From the IMG/VR virus record IMGVR_UViG_3300010413_002638, positions 32,001 to 96,000 of that record: a DNA stretch of 64,000 nt, one strand, 5' to 3'. The stretch's first letter is position 1. The number at the start of each line of letters is the position of its first letter. The notes under the pieces were generated by a model. The model searched no databases, had not been told where the DNA came from, and saw only the letters and a list, made by a program, of their open reading frames with translations. This document shows positions 19,075 to 28,885 of the stretch, piece after piece. The translations under genes were made by a program, and so were the position numbers. Source of the stretch: a virus.

Positions 19075-19482
19075 ATGGCAAAAGTATCTATCATCGAAGT
19101 TGATCTAGGTTTCAGTGTATCCGATCTAATCAATGAAGACGTAGCCGGTCTGGTTGGCGAAGCACAAAAGGAATTAGAAACCGCCATTTCGACAGCCAAA
19201 AAAGCCAACGCACTACGAGAGCAAAAGGAAAGAGAAGCCCAAGAGTCAGTTGACAAAATTAGTGCAGTCATGGCCACGGCATACGACAATATCAAAACAG
19301 CCGGGGAAGAAGGAGTCCCAGCCGACCAAATCATGGCAGTCATAGATGGAGCAATCCCCAACATATCCGCCTTCACCTTACGAATGAAGAAAATCCTACG
19401 CGACAACGGCAACGAATATGCCATCATCAAAAAGAAAAAAGGCGGAGTCCCGCATTATATATTTATACCCTTCAATCAATAA
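19075..19482 (+). CDS. hypothetical protein (coiled coil plus a possible winged helix)
   Basis: AAGGA RBS, coding-like composition. Confidence 0.6.
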   Translation: MAKVSIIEVDLGFSVSDLINEDVAGLVGEAQKELETAISTAKKANALREQKEREAQESVDKISAVMATAYDNIKTAGEEGVPADQIMAVIDGAIPNISAFTLRMKKILRDNGNEYAIIKKKKGGVPHYIFIPFNQ

Positions 19483-19709
19483 AAACCGTGATTTGCCAAC
19501 ACTTCATAAATACGGTCTATCGTTCTCTGACTCACACCATTAATAGTAAGTAATTGTTTCTTGGTGCGAGCGAGCAGCATGCCCAGATTATGAATTCCAT
19601 TACTATCCAAAATGCCTGCGATAGTAGCACTCAGACCAGCATCCTGACAAGGTATATCTAGCTTAGCTTCTAATTCTTCCCGAGAGAATTGTGAGTAGTG
19701 TTTTGCCAT
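19476..19709 (-). CDS. stand-alone RNA polymerase alpha-CTD-like protein
   Basis: GLSATIAGILDSNGIHNLGMLL...LLTINGVSQRTIDRIYEVL matches the alpha-CTD HhH pattern. Confidence 0.75.
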   Translation of the reverse strand: MAKHYSQFSREELEAKLDIPCQDAGLSATIAGILDSNGIHNLGMLLARTKKQLLTINGVSQRTIDRIYEVLANHGFY

Positions 19710-20479
19710 TTGGTGCGTAAGACCTTAACCAATTCACACATCACTCTTATCTGATCCTCGAAAGCCGCCTTGCGGCTTCCATCGCGAAAATTAACCGGTG
19801 ATGGGTGATAAATCGCAAAGACGCCCACGCCAAATTTCTCGCTCTTGGTAATCTTCTTCAGCGACGGGCCAAAATCAACACCAGGGCATAATTGCGTAAA
19901 CGATACCGCCCCCAGCGCTATAATTAGTTTTGGCCGCAGCAAATTGATCTCCATACACAAGAAAGGCTCGCAACGATCCATATGACGCTGCGTCGGCCTC
20001 TGATTTCCTTCCGTATAGCAACGCACCGTATTACAGATATAGAACCAATCCCTCGAAACACCGTGCTTCTTTATTTCCGTATCGAAATTATTACCAGCCG
20101 CCCCCACAAAAGGCTCATTCTTCTCCAATTCGTTCCAACCCGGATTCTGCCCCACGATAACAAAAGGTGAGGGATTCATATTACTCAGCACATGTGGGTC
20201 GCGGATTTCATTTTTGCGTTCCGCACCTTTGATGCCAAGCTCGCACATACTACACGCTGTGCAAGTAGTAGAAAGCTGACGAAGCATACGCAATTTGCGA
20301 TCTCGCCACGCTTCTTTACCGACGTCAAGAACGCTGATGAAATCTGGCACGAATACCTCGGCTGGTGCTGTGCTAGTGAAACCAAACCAATCGAAATTCC
20401 TCAGCTCATCCAGAGGATCACTGGGTTCAGGGGTCTCAATACAAGCGAATCTTTTTCGGTAGGCTTCATATTTTGACAT
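19670..20479 (-). CDS. uracil-DNA glycosylase family 4 (Fe-S)
   Basis: CSMC, GQNPG..E....EPFVGAAG, YICNTVRC...N..P...C, YHPS. Confidence 0.92.
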   Translation of the reverse strand: MSKYEAYRKRFACIETPEPSDPLDELRNFDWFGFTSTAPAEVFVPDFISVLDVGKEAWRDRKLRMLRQLSTTCTACSMCELGIKGAERKNEIRDPHVLSNMNPSPFVIVGQNPGWNELEKNEPFVGAAGNNFDTEIKKHGVSRDWFYICNTVRCYTEGNQRPTQRHMDRCEPFLCMEINLLRPKLIIALGAVSFTQLCPGVDFGPSLKKITKSEKFGVGVFAIYHPSPVNFRDGSRKAAFEDQIRVMCELVKVLRTKWQNTTHNSLGKN

Positions 20480-21173
20480 GTCGTTTTACGAAAGCATCAT
20501 ATTCTTCGCGAGTATCAATACCAGCATGTAGTATGGAACGAGTGAGCACTTTAATTCGATAGCCAGCTTGCAACCAGGTTAATTGTTCTAGCGACTCGCC
20601 GGAATACGTGGTTTTATCGAGCGTGGCCGTTGCCATCAATGTTTCGTACGTGAAAGCATAAATCCCCATATGCTTCAAAGCCGCTTCCGGCTGGTCATAT
20701 GGAATAGGGCAGCGACTAAAGTACATCGCCAGATCGTCATGATCCAAGACTGCTTTTACCACGTCTGGAGACTGGTATTCTTCCGACGTGGCCGATGCAG
20801 CTAGTGTCGCCACCTCCACGTCATGCCTCGTGCAAGCATACGCCAAATCCAACACGTGCAGCGGGTCTAATTCTGGTTCGTCGCCCTGCCAATTAACTAT
20901 GATAGTATCATTATCAATATCCATATCTCCCGCCAATGCCGCTCTCACGCGCTCAGTGCCAGAAGAACAATTACCGGTCATGATGACTTCGGCAGACTTC
21001 CTAACCACATCGCGAATTTGTTGGTTATCCGTAGCCACCACCACACGACCAAACCTCTCTTTGGCGGCCTGGACGGTATGCAAAATAAGCGGTTGCCCGG
21101 TTTCACTCAACAATAATTTGTTGGGTAATCGGGAAGATTCTAGCCTAGCAGGAATTACTACAACAACTCTCAT
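20466..21173 (-). CDS. kdsB: 3-deoxy-manno-octulosonate cytidylyltransferase (CMP-Kdo synthetase)
   Basis: IPARLESSRLPNK, VATD, SGTER, VNWQGDEP, YFSR.PIP, HMGIY, ESLEQL, GIDT. Confidence 0.92.
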   Translation of the reverse strand: MRVVVVIPARLESSRLPNKLLLSETGQPLILHTVQAAKERFGRVVVATDNQQIRDVVRKSAEVIMTGNCSSGTERVRAALAGDMDIDNDTIIVNWQGDEPELDPLHVLDLAYACTRHDVEVATLAASATSEEYQSPDVVKAVLDHDDLAMYFSRCPIPYDQPEAALKHMGIYAFTYETLMATATLDKTTYSGESLEQLTWLQAGYRIKVLTRSILHAGIDTREEYDAFVKRHVKI

Positions 21174-22117
21174 GGCTTGATAATTTTCATAGTGGCTGGC
21201 TTGAATTCGCGTTGAGCATATTTCAGAAGCCGCATAATGCAGGAACCGACATCCATGCACCAATCCCATTGGGCATAGCTACCAACGCAATAAATACCAG
21301 CACGCTCCACATTGTCCAATTTGGGAGTATGACCCATAGGCAAAGCATTTTCGATGGAAGTACCATCGATAATCTCAAAACGAGACGTAAACGCCATCAA
21401 ATAAACACCAGGAGTCGGAATCTCCTCATGACAGTAGAACAAATATCTATTCTTGGATATATTAGCCACCTTGAAGAAAGAAATAGGAGCATCAACAACC
21501 AATAATTGATTAAAGCCTTCAAAATCAAGAGAGTCGGTCTCCACGTGCAAATAATGTAGTGTCTTCGACGGCAGTTCCACGTTAACGTTCATCAACTTAC
21601 ACAACGCATCCAGCGGTATGGTGCTCACAGCATTATCAAAGTCAATTCTATTCCCATCACGTATGAAGAAATGATCACCTACTGCTGTTACTGCTCCCTT
21701 GGCAGCCTCTTCCTTCAAGTCTGACAAAAATTCATTCACCAACGATTGATATAAGCCGTTGACTCGAATATCATAAACAAACAAATTCATCCTGTTACTA
21801 TGATAAATCTCGCTCTGGGGCGGAACCACTGTTCCAAACATTTTGCTAAGCCAATCAGAGCATAACCCCGAACTATAGTCGGATATTATCTGCCCGGCTA
21901 TTGACCAAGCTCGCTTGTATACGTATACAGGCAACGACTTGCCATATAAGTCTTTGATGAATGGATCTAACTGTTCGTCCCGGATGATAAAGTTATCATC
22001 CAGTGCCGGGTTAAACGAGAAGAATCTACTACGATAAAACGGGATGACCTTCCAGGAAGGTCCTAGAATCTTCCGTGCCAATAATCCAACTATTCCAGAC
22101 CCAAAGATTACGTTCAT
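21170..22117 (-). CDS. FAD-dependent oxidoreductase-like protein (amine oxidase/UGM-like fold)
   Basis: N-terminal GSGIVG, VSTIPL, C-terminal CVGSYAQW. Confidence 0.65.
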   Translation of the reverse strand: MNVIFGSGIVGLLARKILGPSWKVIPFYRSRFFSFNPALDDNFIIRDEQLDPFIKDLYGKSLPVYVYKRAWSIAGQIISDYSSGLCSDWLSKMFGTVVPPQSEIYHSNRMNLFVYDIRVNGLYQSLVNEFLSDLKEEAAKGAVTAVGDHFFIRDGNRIDFDNAVSTIPLDALCKLMNVNVELPSKTLHYLHVETDSLDFEGFNQLLVVDAPISFFKVANISKNRYLFYCHEEIPTPGVYLMAFTSRFEIIDGTSIENALPMGHTPKLDNVERAGIYCVGSYAQWDWCMDVGSCIMRLLKYAQREFKPATMKIIKP

Positions 22118-22851
22118 TCTTCTGCTAAATCACTGTCATCGAAGTTGGCTGACTCTTCCTGCTCCTCCACTGGTCCCGCCGCGTCAATAAGCTTCTGCCA
22201 GGCTTCTTCGTTGGCGTCTTCGGCCATATCATCTGACGCCTGCTGTAGTGCATTACCAACGAAATCTGTACTGCTTGCCTTTTTCTTGGGGACCTTCTTA
22301 GGAGCCTTTTTGGCGGCTTTCTTAGCTGGCTTTTTCTTGGTACTCTTCGGCTTTTCCTCTTGCTCTTCTTTAGGCTCGAGAACGTCAATCAGGTCTTGGT
22401 CCACCTCGGGCTCAGAATCGCTCGGAAGGGCTTCCGATGGCTCCTCGAGGGCCTCCGCCAAGTCATTTACATCGATTCTATCGCCAATGGGTTCCCCGGA
22501 GGGTGTTATCGGTTCATTAAAGTCATGCAACAAGGGGTCCAATTCTGACGCCGGAACCCTCCCGGATTCAATGGGATTATTAAATGGATCGTTGATGACC
22601 GGCTCAGGAGGAATACAATGCTCGCAAGAATAATGTACCGGCTGAAAAGGCGGGTCCATCAACTTCACATGCACGACCAATCCCTGCCCGCAATTGGGGC
22701 AAACCGTCGATAATTTACTCGGCTTGACAATATTCCCAAAAGCATTTTCCATTGTGTTGTGGTCAGCGATCGGCGTGTCGAATTCGATCGGACGACCAAA
22801 TATTTCAACGCCATTGATAACCATCGGAACCAAATCGTATGGATTGTACAT
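22114..22851 (-). CDS. Zn-ribbon protein with an acidic and K/A-rich disordered tail
   Basis: CPNC...CEHC; KKPAKKAAKK. Confidence 0.7.
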   Translation of the reverse strand: MYNPYDLVPMVINGVEIFGRPIEFDTPIADHNTMENAFGNIVKPSKLSTVCPNCGQGLVVHVKLMDPPFQPVHYSCEHCIPPEPVINDPFNNPIESGRVPASELDPLLHDFNEPITPSGEPIGDRIDVNDLAEALEEPSEALPSDSEPEVDQDLIDVLEPKEEQEEKPKSTKKKPAKKAAKKAPKKVPKKKASSTDFVGNALQQASDDMAEDANEEAWQKLIDAAGPVEEQEESANFDDSDLAEE

Positions 22852-22858
22852 TTCTCAC

Positions 22859-23413
22859 CTATGATTGCGTGGACCACTTGCCAGCTGACTTGCGAATCTG
22901 CTCAGCCTTCTTACGTAGCCCCAAAAAGGAATCTTCTGACAAACTGAACTCCAAAAATCGATCATCAGTATGTATCGACGCTGGTTTTACATAATTTGTG
23001 TTGCCACACGAACAAGCCTTGTCCGCATCAAATGTCTTCTTTTGGCACTTAGTGCAAATATTCGGTTGCCCAGCCATTCTGACATCGACCTTGGTCGCAG
23101 TGCAATAATAATAGCTGTAATTCGCCCCAAATTTTTCACCAGTGAGTTCACAAATATGTGGAGCACGTTGCCGTCGTGTTCCCGACATCACGAGCTTATA
23201 ATTATTGATTATTTGCTGACTCAGTGTTGAAAAACACGCCGTGCAGATGTCCAACGAAAACACAATTTGTGAGTGATACAGCGTATCCAAGCCAGGCATA
23301 CGACCGTCAGTCACTGTAATATGCCGGAAATCAAACGAATAATAGATAAAATCATTGCGATAAGAAGCACCACAATGATCGCAAGCTATCCCACTTCTGT
23401 CACTGGTTTGCAT
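22859..23413 (-). CDS. Cys-rich hypothetical protein
   Basis: Several CxxC pairs; GGAG RBS. Confidence 0.65.
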   Translation of the reverse strand: MQTSDRSGIACDHCGASYRNDFIYYSFDFRHITVTDGRMPGLDTLYHSQIVFSLDICTACFSTLSQQIINNYKLVMSGTRRQRAPHICELTGEKFGANYSYYYCTATKVDVRMAGQPNICTKCQKKTFDADKACSCGNTNYVKPASIHTDDRFLEFSLSEDSFLGLRKKAEQIRKSAGKWSTQS

Positions 23414-23427
23414 AAATAGTCTCCATA

Positions 23428-26172
23428 CTATTTATTCAACTTCTCCATCCTCTCCGCCTCATAGGCTTCTCTCCAACCACGATGGAGTAGTTTAATAATT
23501 ACCTCACCTCGCACCAAAGTGAAGGTATTGCGCATCTCATCATATTCGACAAAGAGCTGCACACCAGTACCAGGTTGCTGGATCATCTCTAAATCCTGCA
23601 TCAACAGAGCCTTGCCAAAAAGCATCACCAGAGTGCTTTGGATGCCGTCACTAATCACCAGTCTACCGTATGGCTTGTTGTTCTTTGATTCCGCCATTTC
23701 AAAACCTATGATAACGCCCTCCAATTTGGCCTCACCATTCTTAACGGAATTCACTTTCGCATCTTCAATAGTGCAACCGCCCTCTATCTCATACACATCC
23801 AAAGGAGAGTGTAAATAATATCCAAGATATTCCTTCTCGAACTCAAGCATTTGTTCAATAGTGAAGTCCTCTGGAAACAAGGACATTACTTTCTCGGGAG
23901 AATCATCAGGGACCGGCTTCCAATTCTCCATTTTGGTCGGAACCTTGCGGCGATTTGGATATGCTTTGAAATATTCATCAATTTGGCGTTGACGTTCTTG
24001 TTCGATAGCTTCGTCCGTCCAATCATCCAGCAGCAACAATTTTCGCCTTATCTCCTGGCGGAGCTTGGTGATGTCCTTGCCACTGCAATATTTGTACCTG
24101 TAATACTCCCAAGTCGCCTGAGCATTTTCGTATCCTGGAAACTGCCTGAATGACCCCAATTTGATGAAACGCTCAAAAACCGACTTGTCCTTCCCTGCCG
24201 AGTCAACCATATCATCCAAAGAAGTAAATTGCCGTTGGCTGGTCCATTTTTTAGCGGCAACATCGCCCAACCCCTTGATGCCAATCAAACCCTGGTTCAC
24301 CACATCGCCCGTAACCGTGAAATTGGCGGTCATATTCTCCACATTGATCGTGTCGAACTTCACGCCACGAGCACGTTGCTTCGGTTGGAACTTGCCACAA
24401 TACGTGATATCCGTCGGTTCCCAGTTCTCAGACCGTGCCACGCCCATATAACGAACGAGTTTGTCCGGATGGCAATCGCTCATCACCGCCGCCCAGAACT
24501 CTGGCGCGAAATGAGCCTTCAACCATAAACATCGATGAGCCACCAGGCAATAACTGACAGCATGGCTGCGGTTAAACGCATATCGCCCAAACGTCTCCAT
24601 CTTCGTCCACCACTGCTCCGCTTCCTGCTCACCCAAAACACGCGAAGCACCGCGTACCCATTTCTCCTTGATGGGCTTGAGCTTGTGCGTCCATTTCTTG
24701 GCTACAGCCTTACGAGCCTCCTGAGCCTCCGGAGCCGTAAAACCAGCCACAAGCTGCCAAATAGCCTGCAACTGCTCCTGATAAACAATGACTCCATAAG
24801 TGTCTTTCAAGACACTAAGAATATCCGGATGTAATTTCTTCTGCCAACGGCCTGATGTATCATCGCGGTTTGCCACCGCATCCGGAATAGAGGCCATAGG
24901 ACCAGGATGCCCCATGGCATTAAAGAGCATCAGATCCTCAAAATTCCGTACACCATTCTGCAAGATACTCTTGGCCAGATTCGTATCGAATTGAAAAACG
25001 CCATCTGTCTTCTGGGCGTTTGCCAGTGCAAGCGCGTACTCGTCATTTAGGTCAATATATCGTTTATTCCCGTCGCCGTCGAAGAAATGACCAGCTCGGC
25101 TTTGTGTAGGATCAATATCATCCCATCCGTCCATGTTCTTGCCAAAAGAGATACCACGATTCCGCTCGATCAATTTGCAACATTCGAAGATATACTTGAG
25201 CGTCTTGAGACCGAGAATGTCCCACTTAACATAACCAAACTTGGACAGCTGTGTGTTACGGCCTTCCGTCCACATGCTGATCCAATAGCCACCCTTCTTG
25301 CTCTTAGCCAGCGGAATATTGCCGTAGAGAGAGCGATCGGCAATAATCAGGGCACCAGCGTGCATACCCATATTGCGAACGCGACCTACCAACTTGACCG
25401 CATAATCAACGATCTTAGGGTGCTTCTTGGCGAATTTGAGGAGATCTTCATGGTCTCGCAGAAGTTTACCAATAGTAATTCCATCTGTGTCAGCAGATCC
25501 GCATTTAGGGCACTTGGTAGCGTTATGCGAATGCCCACATTCAGTCTCTTCACCGGTATCTGCATTGACGACACGGCCCTTACAATTAGACTTGCCTCCA
25601 TCCTTTAGATCATCCACTTCATCCGGCAGATTGGTCGTAAGTGATAAAATCTCCTGTTTATCCAGCCAGCCGGTGGCGGCACAGACATCGATAAGAGCAG
25701 ATCGGAATTTGTAGGTTGTCCATGTGCCCACACTGCAGACAGCACCATAACCGTCTTTGATGTGCGCACCGAATTTCCGCATCGCATATTCTTTAATAGG
25801 ATCACGGGCTTCCGGTAGACAATCTATATCAATATCCGGTTGGTCTGGATCTTTGATGAGATCAGGCGGGATAAAGCCCTGGTCGCGCTTGAAATCTGAT
25901 ACCACAGAAGCCCGCACGCTATTGAGCATGGGCGTGGTGCGAGCAGCAATCGGGTCTCCTTCGACCATTCCCAACAACCACGGCAACAAAAGAAAGTTGG
26001 GATTAGAAGAGAATTTCTTGCCGTCGTTGTAGAGATTCGTCCAGTAAGTGATAGCACCTTGCTTCTCAACTTCCTGGATTTCGAATTTCAGCCGTTCTTG
26101 ATACTCTTGGCCGTTCTTGCGATTTGCTTTGTTTGCTATCTCTTTGATTTCTTGCCAAGAGACTTCAGCCAC
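23428..26172 (-). CDS. dnaE: DNA polymerase III alpha, C-terminal part (palm catalytic Asps, fingers, HhH, OB)
   Basis: PDIDID, GMHAGALII, KWDILGLKTL, GVFQF, TYGVIVYQEQ, YAFNRSHAVSY, WLKAHF, GIKGLG, EKEYLGYYL. Confidence 0.93.
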   Translation of the reverse strand: MAEVSWQEIKEIANKANRKNGQEYQERLKFEIQEVEKQGAITYWTNLYNDGKKFSSNPNFLLLPWLLGMVEGDPIAARTTPMLNSVRASVVSDFKRDQGFIPPDLIKDPDQPDIDIDCLPEARDPIKEYAMRKFGAHIKDGYGAVCSVGTWTTYKFRSALIDVCAATGWLDKQEILSLTTNLPDEVDDLKDGGKSNCKGRVVNADTGEETECGHSHNATKCPKCGSADTDGITIGKLLRDHEDLLKFAKKHPKIVDYAVKLVGRVRNMGMHAGALIIADRSLYGNIPLAKSKKGGYWISMWTEGRNTQLSKFGYVKWDILGLKTLKYIFECCKLIERNRGISFGKNMDGWDDIDPTQSRAGHFFDGDGNKRYIDLNDEYALALANAQKTDGVFQFDTNLAKSILQNGVRNFEDLMLFNAMGHPGPMASIPDAVANRDDTSGRWQKKLHPDILSVLKDTYGVIVYQEQLQAIWQLVAGFTAPEAQEARKAVAKKWTHKLKPIKEKWVRGASRVLGEQEAEQWWTKMETFGRYAFNRSHAVSYCLVAHRCLWLKAHFAPEFWAAVMSDCHPDKLVRYMGVARSENWEPTDITYCGKFQPKQRARGVKFDTINVENMTANFTVTGDVVNQGLIGIKGLGDVAAKKWTSQRQFTSLDDMVDSAGKDKSVFERFIKLGSFRQFPGYENAQATWEYYRYKYCSGKDITKLRQEIRRKLLLLDDWTDEAIEQERQRQIDEYFKAYPNRRKVPTKMENWKPVPDDSPEKVMSLFPEDFTIEQMLEFEKEYLGYYLHSPLDVYEIEGGCTIEDAKVNSVKNGEAKLEGVIIGFEMAESKNNKPYGRLVISDGIQSTLVMLFGKALLMQDLEMIQQPGTGVQLFVEYDEMRNTFTLVRGEVIIKLLHRGWREAYEAERMEKLNK

Positions 26173-26534
26173 TTTTGATATTCCTCTAACTTGTCAGCAT
26201 GATTACTTTTTACATGCAGCGTCCGCCCACTAGTGCTAGACATAGGTTTGTTGCAAAATGGACAACACAGCTGATCGGTCGGAGCTGGTTCTGGTACTGG
26301 TTCCACCTGTGTGGGTCTGGGAATAGTATCTGGGTCCAATTCCCATGGTTGTATGGCAACCAATCTACCCTGGCGTTTTTCCATAGGTGCAGAATAGAGA
26401 CAATAACCAGCCTCCACTGCCCTATTTAGCAGCTCCTGATACTCTGAGTTATTCTTTAGTTTGTGCTGCGATATAATGCGGCTCGGTGGTTTAACCAGAA
26501 TGAAAGCAGTATGCTTGAAGTCAATCTTGTTCAT
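26136..26534 (-). CDS. C2H2 zinc-finger protein
   Basis: CPFC-x12-HVKSNH. Confidence 0.65.
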   Translation of the reverse strand: MNKIDFKHTAFILVKPPSRIISQHKLKNNSEYQELLNRAVEAGYCLYSAPMEKRQGRLVAIQPWELDPDTIPRPTQVEPVPEPAPTDQLCCPFCNKPMSSTSGRTLHVKSNHADKLEEYQKWLKSLGKKSKR

Positions 26535-26976
26535 CCGGCAAATGGTCCACAGTCTGTGAATCGTATTGTTGCTGAGATAGACAAATCCTGCTCGCTAGCG
26601 ACCGGCAGACAGCAAGATTTTCGTTATTGGGCGAATCAACTACAAATCCGACATCTTCGAAGAACCCCACCCATCGTACGAACTCATCTATCTCCTGCTT
26701 GTATCCTTTCACATCGCCCCTCAAATAATTTAATACTGTCTCGTCGGGGAAGTGCATAATTATTTTAAGTTTTCGACAGGCCGGATTAACAGCGGCCAAA
26801 GCCAATTTAGCAGCCTGGATCTTAGCCCTATCGATCTCGGAACCACCTAGCCCAAAACCCAACAACCGACACCGCACCTGGTCATTAGAGCTAAACATTA
26901 GAAGAATACCACACGAACTCAATTGCATGACCTCGTTGGCATTCCTGATAGAAATCGCACAGAAAATATCGATCAT
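26521..26976 (-). CDS. RNase HI-fold protein, apparently lacking the catalytic carboxylates
   Basis: Motif spacing of RNase HI (IFCAIS..CGILL; DRAKIQAAKLAL; IMHFPD; NENLAVCRSLA) with D/E positions replaced. Confidence 0.5.
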   Translation of the reverse strand: MIDIFCAISIRNANEVMQLSSCGILLMFSSNDQVRCRLLGFGLGGSEIDRAKIQAAKLALAAVNPACRKLKIIMHFPDETVLNYLRGDVKGYKQEIDEFVRWVGFFEDVGFVVDSPNNENLAVCRSLASRICLSQQQYDSQTVDHLPDEQD

Positions 26977-27467
26977 AGTAGATTATTCTTGAGATCTCGG
27001 ATCTCTGGGTAAGTCGATTTGGTATACGATTGTAGGGCACGCAACGCCTCAGCAATCCCCCGCAAAACAGCATTTTTTGCCGCTCGCTTGTCAGGTAGAC
27101 CCCGCGACCTACCCACCAACACCAACAATTGATCGGCGTGAGCCTTCACGTTGTCCGGGAATGTCTCATCCTTGGCTTGGGCCTTTATCATCCGTTCATC
27201 AAAAGAACGCTGTAGCCAAATAGCCAAAGATTCAATCACGTGGAAAGACAAATCAGCACATTCTTTCTCCACCCTGGCGAGGCAAGTTTTTCTATTACCC
27301 TCATTCTCCAAGGCGTTATACAAGTCATCCACCACATCAAGTAATTTCACCAGGAACACTGACAACTGGGGGCTTGGACCGCCCTGCAGCAGAACATGTG
27401 TATAGATGGAATGCTTCAATTCAGCAAGAGATTCGGTGGCCGACGGGCCAATAGGTGTCTGCATCAT
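26973..27467 (-). CDS. hypothetical protein
   Basis: Overlap-coupled within the operon. Confidence 0.6.
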   Translation of the reverse strand: MMQTPIGPSATESLAELKHSIYTHVLLQGGPSPQLSVFLVKLLDVVDDLYNALENEGNRKTCLARVEKECADLSFHVIESLAIWLQRSFDERMIKAQAKDETFPDNVKAHADQLLVLVGRSRGLPDKRAAKNAVLRGIAEALRALQSYTKSTYPEIRDLKNNLL

Positions 27468-28885
27468 TACTCACTCGGCATTTTGACGTTCAACATGTAT
27501 CCACCACGGCTCGACGCCAGGAACCGGTCAAACGAAAGACCCCACAACAATGGGTCCAAGACGTGAATCCCCAGCAGAAAACAAACCAGCGAACCGCCAG
27601 CACTTCCACGTGGACTGAAAGGCCAACCTCGTTTCTTTCCGTACTTAATAAGATCCTTGGTGATAAGGAAGTAGCTAGCGAACCCTTTATCAATAAACCG
27701 GTTCAATTCAATACTAGCCTGTTCCCTATAAGTCACCTCGCGGCCATCGATGAGAAATTTGGTCTTACATTTCTCCAATCCACGCCACCGCAATTCCTTA
27801 ATGACCAGTTTACACAACTCATTATCAGCATCAGATATCTCGGGATATTTGGGAGCAGTATCAACACCAAATTTCTCACAGCGATCGGCAACCATTAGGG
27901 TATTATCGCACAATTGATCAAAAGTTCGGTTGTCTATGCCGTTACTGTAATTGCCGTTACGGAACGTGGCCCATAATTCTGCCCGCGACTTCATGAATTG
28001 TTCATCACTATTGACATGGAATAGATCCGGCGAATCGATGGTTGTTTCCTGGGCGACAGCCATCATCAGTTTCTGCAATATGAAGTCAGCTCGATTGAGA
28101 TAATGACAATCATTGGTGAGTACAACAGGAATCTTGAAGAAATCAGCGATAGATATCAACTCACGAAATACCTTATCATCCTCTGGGATGCCAGGCATTT
28201 GAACTTCAAGATAATAGTCCTGGCCGAATGCTTTCTTGAACTTCTTGATGTATTCGACAGCCGCGTCTAATCTGGCCTTCTTTTTCCGCTCGACCAGAAC
28301 CTTTCCTTCTTTGTCGGTGAGCTGTTTATAGCGAAGCTCATGAGACACTGGCCCATTTAGACACCCAGACAACACTATGAGTCCTTCGCGAAACTCGCAA
28401 AGTTTATCGAACCAGATCCTATTGTATTGTGTACTACCCATACCGAATAGACCGGTCTCATAAGCTTGGGTTGTCAATCTTACGAGATTATGAAATCCGG
28501 TTTCATTCTTGCAAAGGACCGTCAAATGTCTATTGCGCCTGATACGGCTGGAAGTGTCTGGATTTTCTTCCTGCCATTCTTTCGAGCGAAATTTGATTCC
28601 TTTTGCCACCAGTTCTTGTCGTAATGGTTCGAAGTCATTGAAGTAAATTTCGCAACCTGGGATGTACTTCAAGCCGTGCTTCTTGAAGGCGAGATACATG
28701 TCAGGCACGGAAGCCATATGGCCGTGCTCTGTAGCACTCATAGCGGAGTAGCCGCGAGCTGCACATTGCTCGGCATACTGTTCTGGCGTAGCCACGCCGT
28801 CCAGAGCTGAAAAGACGGTGTGATTGTGCAGGTGCACGAAATCAGAAGGGCCGGTATATTCTTCAGGACTGAATTCTTCTGACAT
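27467..28885 (-). CDS. dnaE: DNA polymerase III alpha, N-terminal part (PHP domain to the RGS motif)
   Basis: FVHLHNHT, LDG, TEHG, GCE, HLTVL, SGC, NDCH, GFASYF, RGSAGGSLV, FDRFL; stops before PDID. Confidence 0.93.
   Translation of the reverse strand: MSEEFSPEEYTGPSDFVHLHNHTVFSALDGVATPEQYAEQCAARGYSAMSATEHGHMASVPDMYLAFKKHGLKYIPGCEIYFNDFEPLRQELVAKGIKFRSKEWQEENPDTSSRIRRNRHLTVLCKNETGFHNLVRLTTQAYETGLFGMGSTQYNRIWFDKLCEFREGLIVLSGCLNGPVSHELRYKQLTDKEGKVLVERKKKARLDAAVEYIKKFKKAFGQDYYLEVQMPGIPEDDKVFRELISIADFFKIPVVLTNDCHYLNRADFILQKLMMAVAQETTIDSPDLFHVNSDEQFMKSRAELWATFRNGNYSNGIDNRTFDQLCDNTLMVADRCEKFGVDTAPKYPEISDADNELCKLVIKELRWRGLEKCKTKFLIDGREVTYREQASIELNRFIDKGFASYFLITKDLIKYGKKRGWPFSPRGSAGGSLVCFLLGIHVLDPLLWGLSFDRFLASSRGGYMLNVKMPSE

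Noticed and set aside
23428-28885. Split intein or intron joining the dnaE halves
   Set aside because: No Cys/Ser-initiated intein N-block at the end of the first gene, no HN-C/S/T block in the second, and the intervening ORFs are not homing nucleases.
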